64,000 nt of DNA from the NCBI GenBank assembly GCA_963738105.1, contig CAVTWC010000028.1:971-64970 (forward strand). Direction: 5' to 3'. The translations under genes were made by a program, and so were the position numbers. Below, in pieces: positions 27,543 to 35,959 of this stretch (position 1 is the first letter of the stretch; each line of letters starts with the position of its first letter). The DNA comes from an uncultured Alphaproteobacteria bacterium (GTDB taxonomy: Bacteria; Pseudomonadota; Alphaproteobacteria; Rhizobiales; Xanthobacteraceae). A model generated the notes under the pieces. It had not been told where the DNA came from. It made no database searches and worked only from the letters and a program-made list of their open reading frames with translations.

Positions 27543-28675
27543 GCCCGCATCCTTTTCTCATAAGTCGAGAGCGCCGAGCACGCGCCGCATTTGCCGCAGC
27601 CGGCCTTGATGCTGCTGGATTTCATCCCGGCATCGACCAGCATATCCGCGAGCGGCGAGAGGATGTCGTGCATGAACAACGGCGGCGGCGTCGGATGGCT
27701 CTCCAGCGGCGTACCCGCGATCGGTACGAACGGCACCACAAAGGGATAGACGCCGACGCCGACGAGACGCTCACAGATCGCAAGGATCTCTTCCTTGCTG
27801 TCGCCGAGGCCGGCGAGGATGTAGGTCGAGACCTGACCGCGGCCGAACACCGGCACCGCGGCTTCGAACGCCTTGAAGTAACGCTCCACCGACACCTGCG
27901 CCTTGCCGGGCATGATGCGGGCACGGACGCTTTCGGTGACGGCTTCAAGATGCATGCCGAGCGAGTCGATACCAGCGTCGCGCATGCGCTGGAACCAGAC
28001 GGCGTCATCCGGCGGTTCACACTGGCCCTGGATCGGCAGATCGACCGCGGCTTTGACCCCGATCGCGCTCTCGCACAGGATTTTTGCGCCACGGTCGCTG
28101 CCAGGCGGCGTGCCCGTGGTCATCACCATATGCGTGACGCCATCGAGCTCGATCGCAGCTCTCGCCACTTCGCCGAGTTGTTCAGGGGTCTTGCGTTCGA
28201 TGGTGCGACCGGCGGCAAGCGATTGGCCGATGGCGCAGAACTGGCAGGTCTTGGTGCGGCTCTGGTAGCGTATGCAGGTCTGCAGGATCGTGGTCGCCAG
28301 CACGTCGCGGCCGTGCAGGGTCGCGATCTTGGAATAGGGAATGCCATCGGCGGTCGAGCGTTCATAGAAGCGCGGCCGCAACTGGAATTTGACTTCGCCG
28401 ATCACAGCGCCGTCGCGGCTGACCTGGCTGCGGCCGAGGCTGTCGGGCTTTGCGACAATGTACGGGCTCTCGAATGCCGGCGCGTTGTGCACCGGGATCA
28501 TCACGGTCGCGCCGTCGATCGTCATCGGCATATGGTCGGACGGACCCGCACCGCCGCGGCGGCTGTCGCCGCCGGCCTTGGGATCAACGAGACGAACCCC
28601 GAAGGATTGCAACTCGTTGATCAGCTGCTCGGTCGGGATCGGCCTCGGCGTTTCGGAAGCCAGAATCGATTTCAT
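27539..28675 (-). CDS. MSMEG_0568-family radical SAM protein (Nit1C cluster)
   Basis: 378 aa. A Cys triad is seen as [15 protein letters not shown] (C-X9-C-X2-C, not the textbook CX3CX2C), with a second Cys cluster CGKCGAC at the C-terminus. The stop overlaps the GNAT start (ATGA). Confidence 0.75.
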   Translation of the reverse strand: MKSILASETPRPIPTEQLINELQSFGVRLVDPKAGGDSRRGGAGPSDHMPMTIDGATVMIPVHNAPAFESPYIVAKPDSLGRSQVSRDGAVIGEVKFQLRPRFYERSTADGIPYSKIATLHGRDVLATTILQTCIRYQSRTKTCQFCAIGQSLAAGRTIERKTPEQLGEVARAAIELDGVTHMVMTTGTPPGSDRGAKILCESAIGVKAAVDLPIQGQCEPPDDAVWFQRMRDAGIDSLGMHLEAVTESVRARIMPGKAQVSVERYFKAFEAAVPVFGRGQVSTYILAGLGDSKEEILAICERLVGVGVYPFVVPFVPIAGTPLESHPTPPPLFMHDILSPLADMLVDAGMKSSSIKAGCGKCGACSALSTYEKRMRA

Positions 28676-29642
28676 CTGTTAATCCTCCGGTGGAGAAAGA
28701 CGATGCGGGGTGGGGTTTGCGCGTCGGGGCGGTTGGGCGATCGTCCCACAGCAGCGACAACAGTTCGGGCCGCGCGTAATGGCCCACCGAATCCATCATC
28801 CGCTTGCGCTTGACGATCAGTGCCATGTCGAGATCGGCGGTCAGGATGCCTTCGCCTGAGGTCAGCGGCGGCACGATGTGGTTGCCTTCCGGCGAGATGA
28901 TCGCGGTCATGCAACCGCCGTGCAGGCCGCGGCGCAGGCCTTCCTCGGGTGAAATCTTGGCGATCTGCTCTTCGGTCAGCCAGCCGGTGGCGTTGACGAC
29001 GAAGCATCCGCTTTCCAGCGCGTGGTGGCGGATCGTGACCTCGATCTGATCGGCGAAGATCTGCCCGACCAGCGAACCCGGAAACTGGGCGACGTGAATT
29101 TCCTCGTGCTGCGCCATCAGCGCGTAGCGAGCGAGCGGATTGTAATGCTCCCAGCAAGCCAGCGCGCCGATCCGGCCGACGGATGTATCCACCACCTTGA
29201 GCCCCGCGCCGTCGCCCTGCCCCCAGATCATGCGCTCGTGGAAGGTCGGTGTGATCTTGCGGCGCTTCAGCACCAACGTGCCGTCGGCGTTGAACACCAG
29301 TTGCGCATTATAGAGCGTGCCGTGGTCGCGCTCGTTGACGCCGAGCACGACCACGATGTTGTGCTTGCGCGCCGCCGCCGCCATCGCTTCGGTCACCGGG
29401 CCGGGAACGACGACCGCATTGTCGTAGAGATGAATGTGCTCGGCGCCAGAAAGCATCGGCGGGCGGATGAACGAGAAATAGGGATACCAGGGCACGAACG
29501 TCTCGGGGAACACCACAAGGCGCGCTCCCTTTGCCGCTGCTTCCGCCGTCGCGGCGAGGACGCGGTCAAGCGTCCCCGTCGGCGTATCGAGATCGGGCGC
29601 GATTTGCACCGCGGCCACCCTGATGATCTGCTTCTCGGCCAT
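28584..29642 (-). CDS. Nit6803/Sll0784-type nitrilase (carbon-nitrogen hydrolase; Nit1C cluster)
   Basis: 352 aa. The catalytic triad context is seen: FPETFVP (Glu), KRRKITP (Lys), GALACWEH (Cys). The 3' end overlaps the radical SAM gene by 92 nt, which is unusually long. Confidence 0.85.
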   Translation of the reverse strand: MAEKQIIRVAAVQIAPDLDTPTGTLDRVLAATAEAAAKGARLVVFPETFVPWYPYFSFIRPPMLSGAEHIHLYDNAVVVPGPVTEAMAAAARKHNIVVVLGVNERDHGTLYNAQLVFNADGTLVLKRRKITPTFHERMIWGQGDGAGLKVVDTSVGRIGALACWEHYNPLARYALMAQHEEIHVAQFPGSLVGQIFADQIEVTIRHHALESGCFVVNATGWLTEEQIAKISPEEGLRRGLHGGCMTAIISPEGNHIVPPLTSGEGILTADLDMALIVKRKRMMDSVGHYARPELLSLLWDDRPTAPTRKPHPASSFSTGGLTDEIDSGFRNAEADPDRAADQRVAILRGSSR

Positions 29643-29672
29643 ATCCGCCTCGCTCGTTACAGATGCCGCGGC

Positions 29673-30155
29673 TCAGAGAGTCCACGTGTGGAGCATGAAG
29701 GCGTTTTCGTTGCGATGAAGCAGCGTGATGTCGAGCACATCGAGCGGGCTGATCGGAATGATGCCGGGGATCAGCGCCCCCTCGCCGTGGCCGTACAGCG
29801 CCTGCAGCGCGAAACGGCATGCATAGACCTTGCCGCCCTCGGCCATGAACTTCACCAGCGTGTTGTTGAAGTTCTGGTGGCCCGGAAACGCTTCGTCGCC
29901 GAGTTTCGGGAAACCGCGCTGCACGCCGAGCGTGACGCCGGGGCCGTACAGCAGGACCGAGGTTTCAAAACCTTTGCGCATCAGGCGCGTGGCCTGCAGC
30001 ATGTTGACGAAACCGATCGAGCCTTCGAACGCGACAGTATGAAATGTGACGAGCGCCTTTTCGCCGGGTTTGGCTTTGACGTCTTCGAAAACCTTCTGCT
30101 CGTAGTCGACGAGATAGTCGCCCTTCTGGTTGGCGGGCTTTGTGACGGCTGGCAT
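29673..30155 (-). CDS. MSMEG_0572/Sll0783-family nitrogen-starvation response protein (first gene of the Nit1C cluster)
   Basis: Track ORF 29673..30236. ATG 30155 has AAGGAG upstream. The sequence is [53 protein letters not shown].... Confidence 0.7.
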   Translation of the reverse strand: MPAVTKPANQKGDYLVDYEQKVFEDVKAKPGEKALVTFHTVAFEGSIGFVNMLQATRLMRKGFETSVLLYGPGVTLGVQRGFPKLGDEAFPGHQNFNNTLVKFMAEGGKVYACRFALQALYGHGEGALIPGIIPISPLDVLDITLLHRNENAFMLHTWTL

Positions 30156-30202
30156 GTTGCACTCCTTGCGTTGGACCCGGTGGCCGGGCGCAACGGGGAA
30201 TA

Positions 30203-30219
30203 TTGCAACGGACGTGCCA
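30203..30219 (-). promoter_or_regulatory. Sigma-54 (RpoN) -24/-12 promoter in front of the Nit1C cluster
   Basis: The minus strand reads TGGCACGTCCGTTGCAA, i.e. TGGCACG-N4-TTGCA, with the GG and GC elements at canonical spacing. The -12 GC lies about 50 nt upstream of ATG 30155. Confidence 0.7.
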
Positions 30220-30497
30220 ATTGACGTTTTGCACAACCGATCATCAAAACAGTCAATTTGCTATCAATTATACATTCAATCTTGAATGGATTTCTGACGG
30301 GATCGAAAGTGCTGCCGCAAAAAAATGCGTAGAAATCTTGTGCGGCCTGCTTTTGCACTGAGCAGATTACACTTGATGGAACCAATCTGGCAGCATTGCT
30401 GACAGATCTTTACATCGCTGCCGAGACGTTGCATTAGGATAAACCGGTGCAACAATAATGCAGTCAATAATTGCCGCTTTCGGGATATTGATAAGTC

Positions 30498-31880
30498 ATG
30501 GCCGATTGGACCCCTGATCTCGCCACCAGCGACAAGCCGCGCTACCTCGCGATCGCCGATGCCATCGCCGACGATATCGGCGCCGGACGCTTGGCCGCCG
30601 GTGACCGGTTGCCGCCGCAACGAAAACTCGCCAAGCGTCTCAATGTGGATTTCACCACGGTGGCGCGCGGCTATGTCGAGGCGCAAAGGCGCGGCCTGAT
30701 CGAATCCAAGGTCGGACAAGGGACCTTCGTGCGCGACAGACCAAAGCCGCGGCGCAATCAACCAGCACCTGCGCCGCGTCCGGTCGATCTGTCGATGAAC
30801 CTGCCGCCGGAACCTGATGATCCCGAATTGATCGAGCGGATGCAGGCCGGCGTCGAATATGTTTCGCGCGATATTGTTTCGCTGTTGCGCTACCAGGGTT
30901 TTGGCGGCACCCAGGCCGACAAGGATGCGGCGTCGAGTTGGCTCGGCCGCCGCGCGCTGGTGCCGGCGCAGGAACGCATCTTCGTCTCGCCCGGCGCGCA
31001 TCCGGCGCTGCTCGGCATTCTCACCATCCTCGCCAAGCCGGGCGATGCCATCGTGTGTGAGGCCATCACCTATCCCGGCATCCGCTCGATCGCGGCGCAA
31101 CTGGGGCTAAAGCTGATCGGGCTGCCGATGGATGACGAGGGTATCGACGTCGACGCGCTCACCGACGCGTGCAGGAAGGCAAAGCCCAAGGCGCTGTATC
31201 TGAACCCGACCCTGCAGAATCCGACCACGCTGACGATCAGCGATCAACGACGCCGCGACATCGCCGCCGTCGCCCGCCGCTTCAAGCTGCCGATCGTCGA
31301 GGATGACGCGTACGGATTTATTCCAACGCATGGCCATGCCCCGTTTGCCGCGATTGCACCGGACCTGACCTGGCACGTCGCGGGCCTCGCCAAATGCATC
31401 GGCGCCGGTTTACGCGCGGCCTATGTCGTGGTGCCCGACACCCGCTCGACCTGGCCTTTCGCGGCAGCGCTTCGCGCCGCCACCGTGATGGCGTCGCCGT
31501 TCACGGTCGCACTGGTGACACGCTGGATCGAGGACGGTACCGCCGACACGCTGTTGCGCTTCATCCGCAGCGAGACGACGGCGCGGCAAAAGCTGGTCTC
31601 GGAAATCCTGCCGAAGGGCATCTACAAAAGCGATCCGCTGAGCTTCAACATCTGGCTCGAACTACCAGCGGCGTGGAATCGCGCCGCCTTTGTCGGGCAC
31701 ATGCGCTCGACCGCGATCGGCGTGGTCGCCAGCGACGCATTCACCGCCAGCGGCACGCCGCCGGAGGCAGTTCGGGTTTGCCTTGGCGGCCCGATCGGCC
31801 GCCCGCGATTGGCGGCGGGCCTGGAATACATGACGCACGCGCTGACCGAATCCCCGGCGCTGGCGTCGGCGTTTCTCTAA
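30498..31880 (+). CDS. MocR-type regulator (GntR HTH fused to a PLP aminotransferase-like domain)
   Basis: 460 aa. The N-terminal winged HTH (LPPQRKLAKRLNVDFTTVARGYVEAQRRGLIESKVGQGTFV) is followed by a fold-type-I aminotransferase-like domain. It is divergent from the Nit1C cluster. Confidence 0.85.
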   Translation: MADWTPDLATSDKPRYLAIADAIADDIGAGRLAAGDRLPPQRKLAKRLNVDFTTVARGYVEAQRRGLIESKVGQGTFVRDRPKPRRNQPAPAPRPVDLSMNLPPEPDDPELIERMQAGVEYVSRDIVSLLRYQGFGGTQADKDAASSWLGRRALVPAQERIFVSPGAHPALLGILTILAKPGDAIVCEAITYPGIRSIAAQLGLKLIGLPMDDEGIDVDALTDACRKAKPKALYLNPTLQNPTTLTISDQRRRDIAAVARRFKLPIVEDDAYGFIPTHGHAPFAAIAPDLTWHVAGLAKCIGAGLRAAYVVVPDTRSTWPFAAALRAATVMASPFTVALVTRWIEDGTADTLLRFIRSETTARQKLVSEILPKGIYKSDPLSFNIWLELPAAWNRAAFVGHMRSTAIGVVASDAFTASGTPPEAVRVCLGGPIGRPRLAAGLEYMTHALTESPALASAFL

Positions 31881-31893
31881 CGAGATTGCCCCT

Positions 31894-33072
31894 TCAGTTC
31901 GCCTGCGTGGCCGGCACCTTGATTTCATTGGGAAGGATGATTGCGGCCGCGATCACCAGCAGGCAGAGCCCTGCGAAGGCGTGCAGCATGGTTACGAAAC
32001 CGCCCTGCTGGTACAGCCAGGCCACCAGGCCGACCGAGGTCCCGGCCGCGGTGAAGCCGATGAAATAGCGCACCGCATAGGCCCGCGAGCGCCATTCCTC
32101 GCTGGTGTATTTGCCGACCATCGCATCGTTGACGGTGACCTGCCCGAACGCGCCCATCACGATCCCGATCGACACCACAATCAGCGGCAGGTTCGACAGC
32201 GTCGCGGCGAAATACAGAAACGGCGCCAGCACGAACGACAGCGGCAGCGACACCGTCTTCAGGGAATGCTTATCGAGCAGCTTGCCGATGGTGTATTGCG
32301 TCATCGCGCCGAACACATAGACGCAGGCCGCGATCACGCCGAGCAGCGCCGGGCTTTTGGTCAGATCCGCCAGCCGCTCGGCGAACAGCTTTGGCAGCGC
32401 CACGGTGATCGCGTTGAAGGTGGTCGAGATCGCGATCACCACGATGAACAGAGACAGGATCACCCGCCACATATCCTGCTTGGCGACGCGCGCCTGCGCC
32501 GCGGCCTGCTTCGAGCCCTTGCGATCCTCGTGCGCGACCATCATGGCAAAGGCAATGCCGATCAGGATGGTGACGATTCCGGGGACGATGAAGGCATAAC
32601 GCCAGCCGAGATATTGGCCGACCACGCCGGTGACGAGCGCGGAGGACGCCACGCCGAGATTGCCCCAGACGCCGTTGAGTCCCATCTCGTGGCCAAGTTT
32701 TTCCGCATAGGACACGATCATCGCGGTGCCGACGGGATGATAGATCGAGGCAAAGATGCCGATCGAGAGCAGTGCCGCGCCGAGTTGCAGCGGCGTCTGC
32801 ACCAGCCCGACCGAGATCATCGACAAGCCGATGCCGACAAAGAAGATCACCATCATGTGGCGGCGGCTCCAGCGGTCGCCGAGCCATCCGGTGATCAGCG
32901 ATCCCGCGCCGAACGCGATGAAGCCAGGGGTCGCATAAGGCAGCAACTCCGAATAGGCCATGCCCAGCGCCGGCCCCATCACGATGACCGCGGCGGCGAA
33001 AATCAGCATCGAATAATGGTCGATAAAATGGGCGGCGTTGACGAAACCGATCACCCGGGTCGGGCTGTTCAT
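31894..33072 (-). CDS. MFS transporter
   Basis: 392 aa with about 12 predicted hydrophobic segments and the MFS loop motif GWLGDRWSRR. Confidence 0.85.
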   Translation of the reverse strand: MNSPTRVIGFVNAAHFIDHYSMLIFAAAVIVMGPALGMAYSELLPYATPGFIAFGAGSLITGWLGDRWSRRHMMVIFFVGIGLSMISVGLVQTPLQLGAALLSIGIFASIYHPVGTAMIVSYAEKLGHEMGLNGVWGNLGVASSALVTGVVGQYLGWRYAFIVPGIVTILIGIAFAMMVAHEDRKGSKQAAAQARVAKQDMWRVILSLFIVVIAISTTFNAITVALPKLFAERLADLTKSPALLGVIAACVYVFGAMTQYTIGKLLDKHSLKTVSLPLSFVLAPFLYFAATLSNLPLIVVSIGIVMGAFGQVTVNDAMVGKYTSEEWRSRAYAVRYFIGFTAAGTSVGLVAWLYQQGGFVTMLHAFAGLCLLVIAAAIILPNEIKVPATQAN

Positions 33073-33090
33073 GGGGCGAATCCTCGTGTT

Positions 33091-33155
33091 TAGACTCTTG
33101 TTTTGACGCGTTTTTCTTCACGCGAACCGGCGTCCACTTCGCCGGAAAACGCTCT
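33091..33155. repeat. Intergenic repeat family 2 (CGCGTAAAGAAAACGCG hairpin type), inverted copy
   Basis: The reverse complement of 33093..33150 (GCGTTTTCCGGCGAAGTGGACGCCGGTTCGCGTGAAGAAAAACGCGTCAAAACAAGAG) aligns with 39471..39530 and 44356..44415. Confidence 0.65.
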
Positions 33156-33198
33156 GGTCCTGCTTCTGCGACAGGTTATAGGATGTTACCCTGACGGG

Positions 33199-34008
33199 AT
33201 GTCGCCAATGAGTGTCGCCGAAAAGCCAATTAGCGCGATCATCGGACGCCGGATTTCAACCGGCGACGGCATCCATATGATCGCCAACCGCTACCGCAAG
33301 GGCGTCCGGCTCGACACCCATTTGCACCGCGAGGCGCAGCTGGTCTATGCCGCCGAGGGCACAATGCAGGTGACGACGCCGAAGGGACGCTGGCTGGTGC
33401 CGCCGGACCGCGCGGTGTGGGTGCCCGCTTTGCTCGAACATTCGATCGATGTGCTCGCCGATATCGAGATGCGCACGCTGTATTTCGATCTGGCGTGGCT
33501 GGCCCGGCAAGATCGCAGCCGAGACTTCGACGCGGAATATGTGGTACGGGTGTCGCGGTTGCTGCATGAGACGATTCTGGCGCTGTTCGACGGCCGCAAC
33601 GACGCTGAGCGCACCGAGGTACTGGTCCGGCTGGCGTTGCTCGAACTGCACGAGGCGGAGGACTCCGCGACCTTCATTCCCCTGCCACACGAGCCGCGCT
33701 GCCGCCGCGCGGCCGATATCGTGCTCGGTGATCCTACCGGCACGCATGAGATCGAAACCCTGGCGCGGACGGTCGGGACATCGGCGCGGACGCTGTCGCG
33801 GCTGTTCGCCTCGGAGACGCAATTGAGCTTCAAGAGCTGGTGCCAGCGAGCGCGGATTGCCGCGGCGATCCAGAAGCTGTCGACCGAGACCAATGTCTCC
33901 GTCAAGCAACTCGCATCCGACCTCGGCTATGCCAGCGTGCCGGCATTCTCGCACGCATTCCGCCAGGTCACCGGCAAGACGCCGACGGCATTTTCGACCA
34001 AGGAATAA
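33199..34008 (+). CDS. AraC-family transcriptional regulator (cupin-like N-domain + HTH)
   Basis: Track ORF 33103..34008. The TTG-initiated first 32 codons translate the repeat element, so ATG 33199 is preferred. C-terminal HTH: VKQLASDLGYASVPAFSHAFRQVTGKTP. Confidence 0.75.
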   Translation: MSPMSVAEKPISAIIGRRISTGDGIHMIANRYRKGVRLDTHLHREAQLVYAAEGTMQVTTPKGRWLVPPDRAVWVPALLEHSIDVLADIEMRTLYFDLAWLARQDRSRDFDAEYVVRVSRLLHETILALFDGRNDAERTEVLVRLALLELHEAEDSATFIPLPHEPRCRRAADIVLGDPTGTHEIETLARTVGTSARTLSRLFASETQLSFKSWCQRARIAAAIQKLSTETNVSVKQLASDLGYASVPAFSHAFRQVTGKTPTAFSTKE

Positions 34009-34136
34009 GACTGCGGCATGACGGACTATTGTGATGCCGAGGTACCCACCGATAATCCGCAACGCTTGAATGTGCCCGACTTTACCCTAAATCCGGTGTA
34101 AGGTTAGGCATCGCCCTTTCGGATTTGACCCGCCCC

Positions 34137-35504
34137 ATGGCCAACGCCTTTTTCTCCGACCTGCTTTCCACGATCTCCGAGCGGGGCCGCACCCTGCTGC
34201 GGCGCGGAAGTCCCGCCGACGCCAAACAGGACGCCTCCGAGCTGATCGAGCTCTGCGAGGCCCTGCTATCCGGCCGGGGCGAAGCTTCCGGCACGGCGAT
34301 GGCGCGCGAGGTGCTCGATCGGTATCACCACCTCGATCAGGCCGGCCGCGTCGCCTTCTTCCACACCTTGGCGCGCGATTACGGCCCGGACCGCGAGAAG
34401 CTGTCCCATGCTATCGAGACCTGGCGCTCGCAGCCCAGCGACGACGACGCCAGCGATCTGCATTTCGCCTCCGAGCCACGGCGGCAGGAACTGATTCGCC
34501 GGCTGAACCGGGCGCCCGGCGGCACCAGCGAGCTGGTGGCGATGCGCGCCGATTTGCTCAGCGCCGTCAAGGACAAAAAGGACAAAGACAAAAAGGACTT
34601 GGCCGCGCTCGACCGCGACATCGTCCATTTGCTGTCATCATGGTTCAACAGGGGATTTCTCGTGCTGCGCAGGATTGACTGGTCGAGCCCCGCCAACATC
34701 CTCGAAAAGATCATCCGCTATGAAGCGGTCCACGAAATTCGCGACTGGAACGATCTGCGTCGCCGCATCGATCCCGTCGACCGCCGCTGCTATGCGTTCT
34801 TTCATCCCGCGCTGCTCGACGAACCGCTGATCTTCGTCGAGGTGGCCTTGACCGAGTCCATCCCGGGCGCCATTGCGCCGCTGTTGGCCGAAGACCGCCA
34901 GCCGGTCGCGATCGAGCGCGCCCGTACCGCCGTGTTCTATTCGATCTCGAATACCCAGCGCGGCCTCGGCGGCATTTCCTTCGGCAACTTCCTGATCAAA
35001 CAGGTGGTCGAGGAGCTGCAGCGCGAATTACCGAAGCTGGAAAATTTCGTCACGCTGTCGCCGGTGCCGGGCTTCATGCAATGGCTGAAGCAGGCGCCCG
35101 ATGTGCCGGTGTCCGATGAAGGTCGCGCTCTGCTCGGCCAGCTCGACACGCCGGGCTGGACCGAGAACGCCGAACTCTCGACCCAGTTGCGGTCGATCAT
35201 CGAGCCATTGGCAGCGCACTATTTCCTCAAGGCACGCACGCCGAAGGGACGCCTGATCGATCCGGTGGCGCGCTTCCATCTCGGCAATGGCGCCCGTCTG
35301 GAGCGGATCGACTGGCTCGGCGATCTCTCGCCGAAAGGTTTGCGCGAATCCGCCGGGATCATGGTCAACTATCTCTATCGCCTCGACGATATCGAGAAGA
35401 ACCACGAAGCCTACGCCAACCAGGATGAGGTGGTGGCCTCCAGCGCGGTGAAGAAGCTGCTGAAGACCGAAGGCCGGCGGCTGCTGGACATGCGGCTGTC
35501 GTAG
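34137..35504 (+). CDS. Malonyl-CoA decarboxylase
   Basis: 455 aa from ATG 34137 (MANAFFSDLLSTISERGRTLL...). MCD-family pattern seen: RRCYAFFHPALLDEPLIFVEVAL, FYSISNTQRGLGGISFGNFLIKQVV, ARFHLGNGARLERI. Confidence 0.85.
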   Translation: MANAFFSDLLSTISERGRTLLRRGSPADAKQDASELIELCEALLSGRGEASGTAMAREVLDRYHHLDQAGRVAFFHTLARDYGPDREKLSHAIETWRSQPSDDDASDLHFASEPRRQELIRRLNRAPGGTSELVAMRADLLSAVKDKKDKDKKDLAALDRDIVHLLSSWFNRGFLVLRRIDWSSPANILEKIIRYEAVHEIRDWNDLRRRIDPVDRRCYAFFHPALLDEPLIFVEVALTESIPGAIAPLLAEDRQPVAIERARTAVFYSISNTQRGLGGISFGNFLIKQVVEELQRELPKLENFVTLSPVPGFMQWLKQAPDVPVSDEGRALLGQLDTPGWTENAELSTQLRSIIEPLAAHYFLKARTPKGRLIDPVARFHLGNGARLERIDWLGDLSPKGLRESAGIMVNYLYRLDDIEKNHEAYANQDEVVASSAVKKLLKTEGRRLLDMRLS

Positions 35505-35631
35505 AGGTCTGAGGCTAAAAATCGCCAGCGAAGCTGGGCCAATCAGTCACCATCGGAGGTCCGGAATAAATCAAACGTAGTGGAGATCAATCTGCCGACA
35601 GTTCGCTTCGAACGCGACCGGGGCAGATTGT

Positions 35632-35923
35632 TTGAGCAGGCGGCAGAACAGCAAGGAAAAAGGCTTTGTCCTGGAGACAGGCGGGCGCGCCGTGCTGGCA
35701 AGCGAGACAGTTGTGCGCCGAGGAATGGTTCGCCGAGGAACTCGCTTCCTATCGATCGGGCGGCCAACCCGTTTGGGACGGCTCAACCGAACTCAAGATA
35801 CGCCGCGCGAGTTCATCTGAAGCTGCCGAAATTCAAATCGCGCTGACGAGCGAATTGGCCCGCAGGGAACACGAGGGCTATTTGTTCGTGTTCCTCGTAC
35901 CGGTCGATCCCGCACTTCACTGA
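35632..35923 (+). pseudogene. Small conserved hypothetical ORF, copy A, disrupted by a 23-bp deletion
   Basis: Relative to copy B, nt 40554..40576 (CTTTCATGGCCGGTGGCATCGAG) are missing at 35698/35699. As a result the N-terminal part (track 35632..35820) and the C-terminal part (track 35666..35923) are in different frames. Confidence 0.7.
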
Positions 35924-35959
35924 CCGGTTACGGCGCCGACGCCTTACGATGCTAGGCGC

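Noticed and set aside
30380-30400. A second sigma-54-like motif on the plus strand (CTGGCAGCATTGCTGA) that could drive the MocR gene.
   Set aside because: The spacing between the GG and GC dinucleotides is 7 nt instead of the invariant 10 nt, so it does not fit the -24/-12 architecture.
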